A DNA stretch of 64,000 bases, taken from Candidatus Heimdallarchaeota archaeon (GTDB lineage Archaea > Asgardarchaeota > Heimdallarchaeia > Heimdallarchaeales > Heimdallarchaeaceae). The notes beneath the pieces were generated by a model, which had not been told where the DNA came from, did not search any database, and saw only the letters and a program-made list of their open reading frames with translations. This document shows positions 29,552 through 38,109 of this stretch, piece by piece. Location: assembly GCA_019057815.1 (NCBI GenBank), contig JAHLWR010000012.1, positions 60,273 to 124,272 on the forward strand, read 5' to 3'. Position 1 is the first letter of the stretch, and each line of letters opens with the position of its first letter. The position numbers and the translations under genes are program-made.

Positions 29552-31636
29552 TTACCCCATAACAAGTACTAACAGATGATAAACAATAGTCGTTATTATT
29601 GTGGTTAATATTAGTGGATAGAAAAAGCCTAAAGCTGTAAGTTTCCAACTTCTTGATTCTGATTTCATTGTAGCTATTGTTGCAAAACAAGGAGCATAAG
29701 TCATTTGAAATATCAAGAAAGATATAACTTGAGGAATGGTCCAAGCAGCTAAAAGAGCTGAAACAATGGTACCTCCTGAAGAATAAAGAATACCTAGAGC
29801 AGATATTATAACTTCTTTTGCACCTATCCCGAAAGCTAAAGGAACAATCATTTTCCAATCTAAACCCATCATGGGATAAGTAACATATGCTAAACCCCTT
29901 CCTACATACCCAATAATAGTTTTTTCTGGGACGACATTAAATGGTATATTGCTAACTATCCAGATAAGGATTGATGCGATAAAAATCATCGTTCCAGCTT
30001 TTATCAGAAAAATTCTGGTTCTTTCCCAAGTAAGATAACCAATATTTCTGAATCTTGGTCTACGATACTCAGGTAGTTCAAGAATCAAGGGTAGCTTTTC
30101 TTCATTTTTCCTGAAAAAGGATGCAAGAAAAGCTGTTATCAAGACAAAAAATATGCTTAAACCGTAGAGAAGCAATAAGATAATAGCAGCTAACCAAGGT
30201 TTAAAGAAAATACCTGTTATAAAAGCAAGCACTCCTAATCTTGCTGCACAAGGAATAAATGAATTCGCTAGTATCATAATTTTGCGATCACTTTCATTCT
30301 TGATTGTTCGCGTAGCCATAATTCCCGCCACGTTACACCCAAAACCCATTATCAGACTTAAGAATGCAGTTCCTTGTAGACCAAATTTTCCCATTACTTT
30401 ATCCATTAAATATGCAGACCTTGCTAAATATCCTGAATCTTCTAAAATGGCAACTAAAGTATAAAAAATCGCGATTATAGGGAGAAAGAGTAGAACTGCA
30501 CCTATTCCTGCTATAACACCATCAACTATTAAACTATTCAGAATTGCTGGAGAATTAACATTGAGTAATAATGACGATATCCAATTTGCAAATTTACTAA
30601 CCAACCAGTCCATCCCTTCAAGTATCGGACTTGACAAATAGAAAGTTATTAAGAAGAAAATAGCGTAAATTATTATAAGGATTGGAAAACCCCAAAATCT
30701 ATGTAGGACTATTTTGTCTACTTTGTCGCTTTTCTTTTCCTGAAATTCGCTTAGACCATAAACTGATTTAGAAAGAATTTGTTGAATAGCACGATATTTT
30801 CTTTTAGATATCTCAGATGAAGGAATGTAATCCTCTGTCTCTTTAAAGTGTTCAATCTTTTTTCTAACATTAGAAAGATCATATTCTTTTTCTAGTTCTG
30901 TTAGTATACTTTCGTCTCCTTCAAGTACCTTAAACGCTAACCACTCGGTGGGGTAGTTTATCAGAACATTTCGATCATCAATTTGTTTTCGTATACTTTG
31001 AAGCATTAATTCAATTTTTCTCGGATAAACTACTTTCGCAGGAGTAAAATGGTATTTTTCTGTGTGCAATGTGTCATATAAGAATTTTTTAAGTGATATG
31101 TATGACATATCATCAAAAGCACTAACTAATACAACAGGAATACCTAACTGCTCTTGCAATTTGATTCTATCTATAGTGATTCCTTCTTTATCTGCAATAT
31201 CCATCATATTTACAACTAAAGCTACATTTGAGGTCAATTCCATTGTTTGTAAGGCTATAAATAATGTTCTTTCTAATCTAGAAGCATCAACAATGACACA
31301 AACTAAATCAGGTTTTTCTTCAATAACAAACTGCCTTGTAATCAGTTCTTCTTCAGAACGAGCTGTTAGAGAATAAGTTCCTGGTAAATCAGTTAATGAA
31401 AAATACTCATCTGAAAGAATAAAATGTCCCTCTTTTTTCTCAATAGTCTTACCTGGCCAGTTTCCGATGTGTTGATGACTCCCTGTTAATCCATTGAAAA
31501 GAGAGGATTTTCCCACATTAGGATTACCTAAAAAAGCAATACGATGCTCTATCCCATGATCAATCTTAGTAGGATCGAATCTAGTTCTATGGTGAAACTT
31601 ACGTCCTCTTCCTGAAAATCTTCTCTTTCCGTGCAT
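29552..31636 (-). CDS. feoB: Ferrous iron transporter B
   Basis: GNPNVGKS, NWPGKT, DLPGTYSL, NMMD; LEDSGYLAR, GFGCNV, PCFAT membrane domain. Confidence 0.95.
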   Translation of the reverse strand: MHGKRRFSGRGRKFHHRTRFDPTKIDHGIEHRIAFLGNPNVGKSSLFNGLTGSHQHIGNWPGKTIEKKEGHFILSDEYFSLTDLPGTYSLTARSEEELITRQFVIEEKPDLVCVIVDASRLERTLFIALQTMELTSNVALVVNMMDIADKEGITIDRIKLQEQLGIPVVLVSAFDDMSYISLKKFLYDTLHTEKYHFTPAKVVYPRKIELMLQSIRKQIDDRNVLINYPTEWLAFKVLEGDESILTELEKEYDLSNVRKKIEHFKETEDYIPSSEISKRKYRAIQQILSKSVYGLSEFQEKKSDKVDKIVLHRFWGFPILIIIYAIFFLITFYLSSPILEGMDWLVSKFANWISSLLLNVNSPAILNSLIVDGVIAGIGAVLLFLPIIAIFYTLVAILEDSGYLARSAYLMDKVMGKFGLQGTAFLSLIMGFGCNVAGIMATRTIKNESDRKIMILANSFIPCAARLGVLAFITGIFFKPWLAAIILLLLYGLSIFFVLITAFLASFFRKNEEKLPLILELPEYRRPRFRNIGYLTWERTRIFLIKAGTMIFIASILIWIVSNIPFNVVPEKTIIGYVGRGLAYVTYPMMGLDWKMIVPLAFGIGAKEVIISALGILYSSGGTIVSALLAAWTIPQVISFLIFQMTYAPCFATIATMKSESRSWKLTALGFFYPLILTTIITTIVYHLLVLVMG

Positions 31637-31668
31637 TGAAAAACACCACGTTTGGATTGCTTTAAATT

Positions 31669-31902
31669 TTAGTTTTCAGATATAACCTCAATTTTTGCAG
31701 CTAATCCTCTACCAATTGCAACTCTGGTTCCTTTGATCTCTACTATCACAGGACCCTCATCATTTTTTAGGATCTTGATTTTTTCATCTTCAATAATTCC
31801 GAGATCAGATAAGTAATTACGTGCCCTAAAACCTGCAATAATTCGCTTTATTTTTAAAATGACATCTTTATTGGCATCACAGAGCGTTCGTGTCAGTTGC
31901 AT
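31669..31902 (-). CDS. feoA: Ferrous iron transport protein A
   Basis: LSDLGI...GPVIVEIKGTRVAIGRGLAAKIEV, directly upstream of feoB; exact start uncertain. Confidence 0.88.
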   Translation of the reverse strand: MQLTRTLCDANKDVILKIKRIIAGFRARNYLSDLGIIEDEKIKILKNDEGPVIVEIKGTRVAIGRGLAAKIEVISEN

Positions 31903-31937
31903 CCACTTCAACATCATGGGAACCATGGTTATTATAA

Positions 31938-31961
31938 AATTTTTGGATGTGTCCAAAAATT
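31938..31961. promoter_or_regulatory. Perfect 10-4-10 inverted repeat upstream of feoAB, putative metal-repressor operator
   Basis: AATTTTTGGA-TGTG-TCCAAAAATT, followed by additional half sites. Confidence 0.65.
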
Positions 31962-32134
31962 ATTTTTGGATATAAACGCATTCTGTCCAAATTTCAGTTC
32001 AAAATGCTTTATTAAAAATTACAAGTTTCAAACAATTTCTAAAATCTTTATGTTCGGTAAAATAGAATTTTTGATGTTTTTTCTTTTAACAGAACAGAAC
32101 AGAACAGAAGTATCTCCCCTTTTGTAGGGGTATT

Positions 32135-33199
32135 TCATACTTCCCATTCAACAATTGGTACCTTGAAAATCATTCTTATACCAGTTATTTTTCCAGCCCG
32201 TTTGATATCTTGAAGTTTTAATCTCATTCGATATTTATCGAGAAGACTATCAATGACGATAATGTCTATCTTTTTATTTTCTGTTTCATGTGAAGAGGTA
32301 ATTTCTCTTTTCTCTTCAAGACTTAGCTGAACACCTTCTATGTGAAGAACTATTCTTGCTTCTTCCATTGTTGGAGCGTGAATATTGATTTCAACTACTA
32401 TAGGCTTTGTTGTATTCTCTGTTCTATATTCTAACATTTTTATCATTAAATTGACAAATACTCGATATGTAAATTCATCTCCTGCTACAATATAGTTACT
32501 CATTTTATTTATTTCAATAGAGAGACTTGATGAAAAGAAGTTTTGAATATATCGTATGGCATGATTCATTATATCAGCTATTTTTTGGTTGACTAGTGGC
32601 TTAGAAGTATCCATAATCCCTAATATTTTCGCATTTTGGATTAAATAAATACTTTTGACAGTTACATCTCTCATTCTTTGATGTATTTGATTAAAGGTAG
32701 TAGCATCTAATTTATCCATCTCATACAAACGTTTAATCATATCAAGGTATCCTATCTCGGTATGCATTTTATTTAACAAGTCGTGTCGTAGAAGAGAGTT
32801 TAACAACTGACCTCTGCTTTCTGAATCTACAATCTGGAGAACATCTCTACAAATTAGAACAAACAGAACTTCTTCTTCAACTTTGATTAATGTTGCAGAG
32901 ATATCAAATGGTATGAGTATTTTCTCTGTTGTTTTTATATTAAAACGCTCTATTTCTTTCCCATTAGCTATAACATCATCGCAGAAACCTTTGAAAGTTT
33001 TTGGCATCTCTAAGAAATTCGTGAATTTCTTCTTTCGCATATTTTTTAATGTTAAACCCAGATAACGACAAGCAAGAATATTGGCTTCATAAATTTGATA
33101 ATCCTTATTGATAAAGAGTATCATATCCAAGCTTTCTTGGAATAGGATATCAAATGCTTCTTGCAATAAATTAATGTCAGTTTCTGGATTCATACACAT
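32135..33199 (-). CDS. PAS domain plus degenerate histidine-kinase-like protein
   Basis: PAS (EANILACRYLG...LICRD); H-box LLRHDLLN; partial N-box; no G1/G2 glycine boxes. Confidence 0.7.
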   Translation of the reverse strand: MCMNPETDINLLQEAFDILFQESLDMILFINKDYQIYEANILACRYLGLTLKNMRKKKFTNFLEMPKTFKGFCDDVIANGKEIERFNIKTTEKILIPFDISATLIKVEEEVLFVLICRDVLQIVDSESRGQLLNSLLRHDLLNKMHTEIGYLDMIKRLYEMDKLDATTFNQIHQRMRDVTVKSIYLIQNAKILGIMDTSKPLVNQKIADIMNHAIRYIQNFFSSSLSIEINKMSNYIVAGDEFTYRVFVNLMIKMLEYRTENTTKPIVVEINIHAPTMEEARIVLHIEGVQLSLEEKREITSSHETENKKIDIIVIDSLLDKYRMRLKLQDIKRAGKITGIRMIFKVPIVEWEV

Positions 33200-33268
33200 T
33201 TCACGCTATAATTAACAAATTTACTATACATAATATCATAAAAAGATTTCGAATTAGTTCTTTTTTCA

Positions 33269-33802
33269 TTAATACCACACCTTCTTTAATTTTAACCAAT
33301 AACCAAGTATATTTGATATAAAATGAACTAGAGGAGTTAACGTAATTAAAATTATGAAAAAGAACCAAGGCGTAGGTAAAATGAAAGGCCAAGCAAATAG
33401 CAACCCTATTACCATCCACGATCCTTGATCATAGAGAATTAAAGGTCCTCCTGGCTTGATATCTAGTCTTCGTTTAATAAATGCACCCATCAAATCAGCA
33501 GTATGATCACCAAGACTCATAAAAAAGCCTATATACCAAGGAAAATTGACGAAAATACCTTTTTTTTCATCCATCAGATACCAAAGAATTACTCCAGTTA
33601 ATGTACCAACTACTATTCCCCAAATAATGCCTTTCCAAGTTTTATTATCTCCAAATAACCTTCTACCATCTTTGAGAGTTTTCCCTAAGTCTACTGGTGT
33701 TTTCCCTCCACCCAAAAGATGTGCTGCAGTGTTGCATAGATATATAGGTAGCCCAAAGACAAAAGCATAGAATACATTCAACCATGATGCAGACGGGTAC
33801 AC
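33269..33802 (-). CDS. carS: CDP-archaeol synthase (DUF46)
   Basis: PIYLCN...GGKTPVDLGK...DGRRLFGDNKTWKG, DLMGAFIKRRL, DQ. Confidence 0.88.
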   Translation of the reverse strand: MYPSASWLNVFYAFVFGLPIYLCNTAAHLLGGGKTPVDLGKTLKDGRRLFGDNKTWKGIIWGIVVGTLTGVILWYLMDEKKGIFVNFPWYIGFFMSLGDHTADLMGAFIKRRLDIKPGGPLILYDQGSWMVIGLLFAWPFILPTPWFFFIILITLTPLVHFISNILGYWLKLKKVWY

Positions 33803-33911
33803 ATTCTTAATTGTATGTTGTTACTAATAAATTTTTTTGTTGGTCGAAATAGAGAAAAAGATATTAAGGTAATCATAAAATAGAAATATAGACTGCTTCA
33901 AGGGGTTCAAC

Positions 33912-34820
33912 TTGAGTCTTCAACAGAAAAGAAAAAAAATTGAGTACGAGTGCAATCTTTGCAGAAAAACAAGGGTTCTCTATATCCTTCCTGCATTACA
34001 CAAGAATGTTGATGATAAAGGGTATATTGAATATGTTGATGTTCACCAATGTCGAAACGAGCTAATCACTGCAAATATCATCTATGTTGATAGAAGCTTA
34101 ACTGTGAGATCTCAAGTTCCTGTAGATGTCGGTGATGATCTCAGTTCTAAACAAATTAATTCTCTAAACATTCCATCACCCAAGAAAGTTGGTTTTCAAA
34201 AGTGTGAAATTACTCCAATGAAGGATTTTAGAAGAAAGAATTTGAAGGGTATTTATATTAAAGATAAGCTTAGACAGTGTGATTTTAGCTTAAAAAAGAA
34301 AGGGGATGGAAGAGAAATAAACATCCTTTCTGAGTTGAAATTCATTGAGATTAAAGCAGTTGTTGCAAAAAGTGTAGATGTCGACATTGCAACAGAATGG
34401 TTTAAACAGATAGCTTCAATTCTAGAAGCGATTGTACTTCTCGACAATGAGATGTTAGCTTTTCTGATTACTTATTTAGATCCTAAGCTACCTTCTCTCA
34501 CATCAGGGGATACTATAATTGAAATTGATTATATTCTGCACGCGAAAAGCTCCTTTCCTAAATCATCACTCAAATCTTTTGCTATTTTTCGAAGACAGTG
34601 GAATAAAATTAGTGAAGGAATGGGTAGTAAAGACTTTAGCATATATGAAAAACTAATCACTTATTGTATCGGAAATCAACATAAAACGCTTCTAGATATC
34701 TTTGAGAAAGCAGAAGAAAATATGAGTTTTGTAGATTTTGTCACTGCTATGCAGCAGCTATCGATGTTAGGGATGTTAAATATTCGAAAAGTTGAATTTT
34801 TCACAGTGAAGGAAGTTTAG
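33912..34820 (+). CDS. Hypothetical protein with N-terminal putative Zn site and C-terminal wHTH-like end
   Basis: CNLC...DVHQC; ends TLLDIFE...AMQQLSMLGMLNI. Confidence 0.55.
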   Translation: MSLQQKRKKIEYECNLCRKTRVLYILPALHKNVDDKGYIEYVDVHQCRNELITANIIYVDRSLTVRSQVPVDVGDDLSSKQINSLNIPSPKKVGFQKCEITPMKDFRRKNLKGIYIKDKLRQCDFSLKKKGDGREINILSELKFIEIKAVVAKSVDVDIATEWFKQIASILEAIVLLDNEMLAFLITYLDPKLPSLTSGDTIIEIDYILHAKSSFPKSSLKSFAIFRRQWNKISEGMGSKDFSIYEKLITYCIGNQHKTLLDIFEKAEENMSFVDFVTAMQQLSMLGMLNIRKVEFFTVKEV

Positions 34821-34871
34821 CTGCTCTTTTTTTCGCAACAATTATAAGAGACTTAACTGTTTTTCTAAATA

Positions 34872-34970
34872 ATGTATGTACCCAGCCATCTGGACAGTTT
34901 TCAAGAATCAGTAATTCGTGAGATGACGAGAAAAGCAATTGAGAATGATGCAATTAATCTTTCACAAGGT
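34872..34970 (+). pseudogene. N-terminal fragment of a class I/II PLP aminotransferase
   Basis: FQESVIREMTRKAIENDAINLSQG matches the family start; similarity ends after LSQG. Confidence 0.7.
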
Positions 34971-35092
34971 ATGCATATTTTCCTTCCTTGTAAAGGTATG
35001 AAGTCTGCTTCAGTATCACCTTTCCTCCAATGTCCTTCTTTCATCCAATTGTGATGTAAGACCATCCTATTTGTTAGAGCTAGTAAGAGAGC
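34971..35092 (-). pseudogene. Internal fragment of a D-2-hydroxyacid dehydrogenase
   Basis: Hand translation ALLLALTNRMVLHHNWMKEGHWRKGDTEADFIPLQGRKICI, cut just before the expected GxGxxG. Confidence 0.6.
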
Positions 35093-35094
35093 AG

Positions 35095-35778
35095 TTATTG
35101 TTTTGAAAAATAATTCAATCCTTCGCGTTTTTTGATAGGAATAATAACCATTAATCCAATCAATAGAGTAACTAAAGTGGAATAAGGCAAAGTAGATGTT
35201 GGAGTAGTTTCCTCAGGAAAAGTAAAGGTTGTATTAGCACCATTATGAGTTATTAGAATATCAGAACCATTAACAGCAATTTCTGAGATAAAATGATGGT
35301 AATTGTGTTGTTCTTCATAGTCATCAAGATGCATCCAAACGGTGTAGTTACCGTCAGGAAGAGCCTCTAAAGTATCATTCACGTCGAGGGTAAACCATAG
35401 CGTTCCTTCAGTAATTCCAGGATTAATTGTGTGGTTGGTAAAAAGAGGCATAAGAGCATTAGGTCCCCCTAACTGACCAACATATTGTTCATTCTCAAAT
35501 GAGAGATTTCCAAATATATAAACAAGACAAGTGTTTGGGGTGAGAATATACAACGTTCTACCAGATGGATTGATAATCTCACTACTACATTCGAACTCAA
35601 AGAAAGTCCAATTAGGATAAGTTTCTCTATAAGTTATTTCGGGGGGAAGAACTATTTCTGTCATACGAGTATATATTGTATGTTCAGAAACAGTTGCATG
35701 AGGTAGTGACAAAGGGATAGAAAGAATGACTGAGATGATAAGATAAATTTCTGTAAGGTATCTTAGAAGTTTATTCAT
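35095..35778 (-). CDS. Secreted Ig-like/beta-sandwich protein with C-terminal TM anchor
   Basis: Signal peptide; LPDGNYTVW; Thr-rich linker, LPYS, TM helix, KKR. Confidence 0.7.
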   Translation of the reverse strand: MNKLLRYLTEIYLIISVILSIPLSLPHATVSEHTIYTRMTEIVLPPEITYRETYPNWTFFEFECSSEIINPSGRTLYILTPNTCLVYIFGNLSFENEQYVGQLGGPNALMPLFTNHTINPGITEGTLWFTLDVNDTLEALPDGNYTVWMHLDDYEEQHNYHHFISEIAVNGSDILITHNGANTTFTFPEETTPTSTLPYSTLVTLLIGLMVIIPIKKREGLNYFSKQ

Positions 35779-35829
35779 CTAGTACACTAAGTATTATTAA
35801 TTATTAAATTTTTCTCAAAAGAAAAACAT

Positions 35830-35878
35830 CTGAAGCTGCGCCAAAGGTTGAGAGAAGAATAGTCAACCCAAGAGGGAT
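35830..35878 (-). repeat. Diverged copy of the 3' anchor-coding segment of 38110..40128
   Basis: ctgaagctgcgccaaaggttgagagaagaatagtcaacccaagagggat vs ctgaagctacgccaaaggctgaaagaagaatagtcaaaccagggagggat at 38136..38185. Confidence 0.8.
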
Positions 35879-36013
35879 TTAAACATCCTTTTTTCTTTGA
35901 TTTAAACACAATAGAATAAAGAAATGGAATATTTACCAGTAAAGCTTTTATTTCATTGTTACATACAGTTCTAAGTCATAACTATAAAATTCAATTGAAA
36001 TAGAGGTCTAATT

Positions 36014-37894
36014 GTGATTTTTACGAGAATTAAGAATTTATTGTATGGAATACTATTGAGTATTCTTATTCTTTCATTAGTAGGAGTGTTTAGAAATTAT
36101 TCAGTTTTTGCGGTGGTACAAACAAGTGAAGAATTTACTAATCCAATTCTTATTACTGAACCACCTACATATAACTGGACTCAAACTTCTTTGGTATCTA
36201 CTGAAAGCATTAATGAGACGACGCATCCATCCCAAGCTGTAGACAGTGAAGGAAATGTACACGTTGTTTGGGCAGACTATACTAATTATACTGATTCTGG
36301 ATGGGATTCAGACATTTTTTACAAATATTTGAACAGAGAAACAGGAGATTGGTCAATTGTAGAAGTAGTATCTGTTGATAGCACATTAGATTCTTTCACT
36401 CCTGAAATAGCAATAGATCAAGATGATAGAATTAATGTTGTTTGGGCAGAAAAAACTCCAAATCCAGTAGCAGCTGATGACATAGATATTTATTTCTCAT
36501 ATAAAGATGAAAATATTGGTGTTTGGATAAATATGGAACAAGTTTCCACAGAGAGCACACATGATTCTTACAATCCTTCTATCGCTGTGGATACTGTTGG
36601 AGTAGTTTACATCGTCTGGAAAGATTCTACAGATTATTCCAGCTGTGGTATGGACTTGGACATATTCTTTAAGGTACGAGCTAAAAGCTCTGATTTATGG
36701 TTATTAACAGAGGTGTTATCAACAGAAAGCACTGGAGACTCTGTTGAACCATTTATTGCTGTTGATAGTCAAAGAGATATACATGTAGTTTGGGCCGATT
36801 CTACTGATTTTGGTATTCCTGATGATGATATTCAACAAAAAATAGTTCATAAATATAGAGATATTAATGATTTATCTTGGTCTGATCTTAAAATAATAAC
36901 AAAAACTTCTACATCACAAATAGCACCAACTACTTTAGAAACTCATGGTTATCATAATTACTTACCTATTATTACAATAGATATTGACGATGATGTTCAT
37001 TTAGCTTATTATAGTGTAGATGTGAATTATGGTTTGCATGGTATGCTCCCCCCTCAATTTCATTATAGTTTAAGTTATACTAAATTAGATTCAGATTGGC
37101 TTAAACAGGATCCTGAAATTTCTCCTTCTAATGAAGACATAATTAACATCGCTATAGTTGAATTTGTTCATCCAACTCTTGATAATCATATCATTAAAGT
37201 GTATGACTCTGCCATTTATTCAAGACCAGCTCTATCCGTTGATATTCAATCTAATGTTCATATTGCTTTTCCAGCTAAATTGTACTTTTTTAACATGCGA
37301 ATAGATATATTTGACTGTATTTTTTACCTTCAATTAAACTCAACAAACACACATATGGTATTAGCAGTAAATAACACTCTTACATTAACACCGACTTTAT
37401 CAACTGATACCAAAGGTAGAATAAATTTAGTTTGGCAGGATTATTTATATCATAATGAAAGTGATACACATTTAGATATTTTTCATACTAATTGTATTGT
37501 TGCACCATTAAAACCCATTCTTAACGATGTATCTTATGTAAAAGGAGAAGTTATATTAAATTGGAATGGTTCTGGATTTGTTGATAAATACTATGTTCTT
37601 CGGGATACGAAAATGATAACCAGTTATTCAGCTTATACTCTAGATCCTATTGCTGAAGTTACAACAACATATTTTGGCGAATATGTATTTGCAGAAGATG
37701 AGTATTTTTATGCAATAATAGGGGGTAATAGTTTAGCTAATAGCACTGTTTCCAATTGTGTTTCCATAGATGTAAAACTAGGATTTATTAAAAATTTCGA
37801 TATTAAATTCTGGACATTTACAGGAATTGTAGGGGTTTTAGCAACTATATCTATAATTTTGCTTTCTACTAATATTAGATTAAGAAGGCGATAG
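36014..37894 (+). CDS. Secreted repeat (beta-propeller-like) protein with FN3-like domain and C-terminal TM
   Basis: ~60-aa repeats STES...P.IAVD..G.VHVVW.D...DIF; LNWNG...YYV...YFYAI FN3-like segment; TM helix and RLRRR. Confidence 0.78.
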   Translation: MIFTRIKNLLYGILLSILILSLVGVFRNYSVFAVVQTSEEFTNPILITEPPTYNWTQTSLVSTESINETTHPSQAVDSEGNVHVVWADYTNYTDSGWDSDIFYKYLNRETGDWSIVEVVSVDSTLDSFTPEIAIDQDDRINVVWAEKTPNPVAADDIDIYFSYKDENIGVWINMEQVSTESTHDSYNPSIAVDTVGVVYIVWKDSTDYSSCGMDLDIFFKVRAKSSDLWLLTEVLSTESTGDSVEPFIAVDSQRDIHVVWADSTDFGIPDDDIQQKIVHKYRDINDLSWSDLKIITKTSTSQIAPTTLETHGYHNYLPIITIDIDDDVHLAYYSVDVNYGLHGMLPPQFHYSLSYTKLDSDWLKQDPEISPSNEDIINIAIVEFVHPTLDNHIIKVYDSAIYSRPALSVDIQSNVHIAFPAKLYFFNMRIDIFDCIFYLQLNSTNTHMVLAVNNTLTLTPTLSTDTKGRINLVWQDYLYHNESDTHLDIFHTNCIVAPLKPILNDVSYVKGEVILNWNGSGFVDKYYVLRDTKMITSYSAYTLDPIAEVTTTYFGEYVFAEDEYFYAIIGGNSLANSTVSNCVSIDVKLGFIKNFDIKFWTFTGIVGVLATISIILLSTNIRLRRR

Positions 37895-38109
37895 TTTTGT
37901 TTCATTTTTCTTTTTTTTAAATTATGAATTGTGCAGAAATCTAAACCAGATAAAAATTTGTAAGTTTGTCATAAAACAATCGTTTTCATGAGTAATAATA
38001 TAAATCTAAATGAAAACAACTCTTTTCAAGTTTAATCTTAATTCTTTTACAGAAATTAGAAACTCTGAAGGAAGCTATTGAAAGAATAGAAAAAAAATAA
38101 AGAAGAGGA

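Noticed and set aside
32088-32110. (AGAAC)x3 microsatellite
   Set aside because: Too short to support a function.
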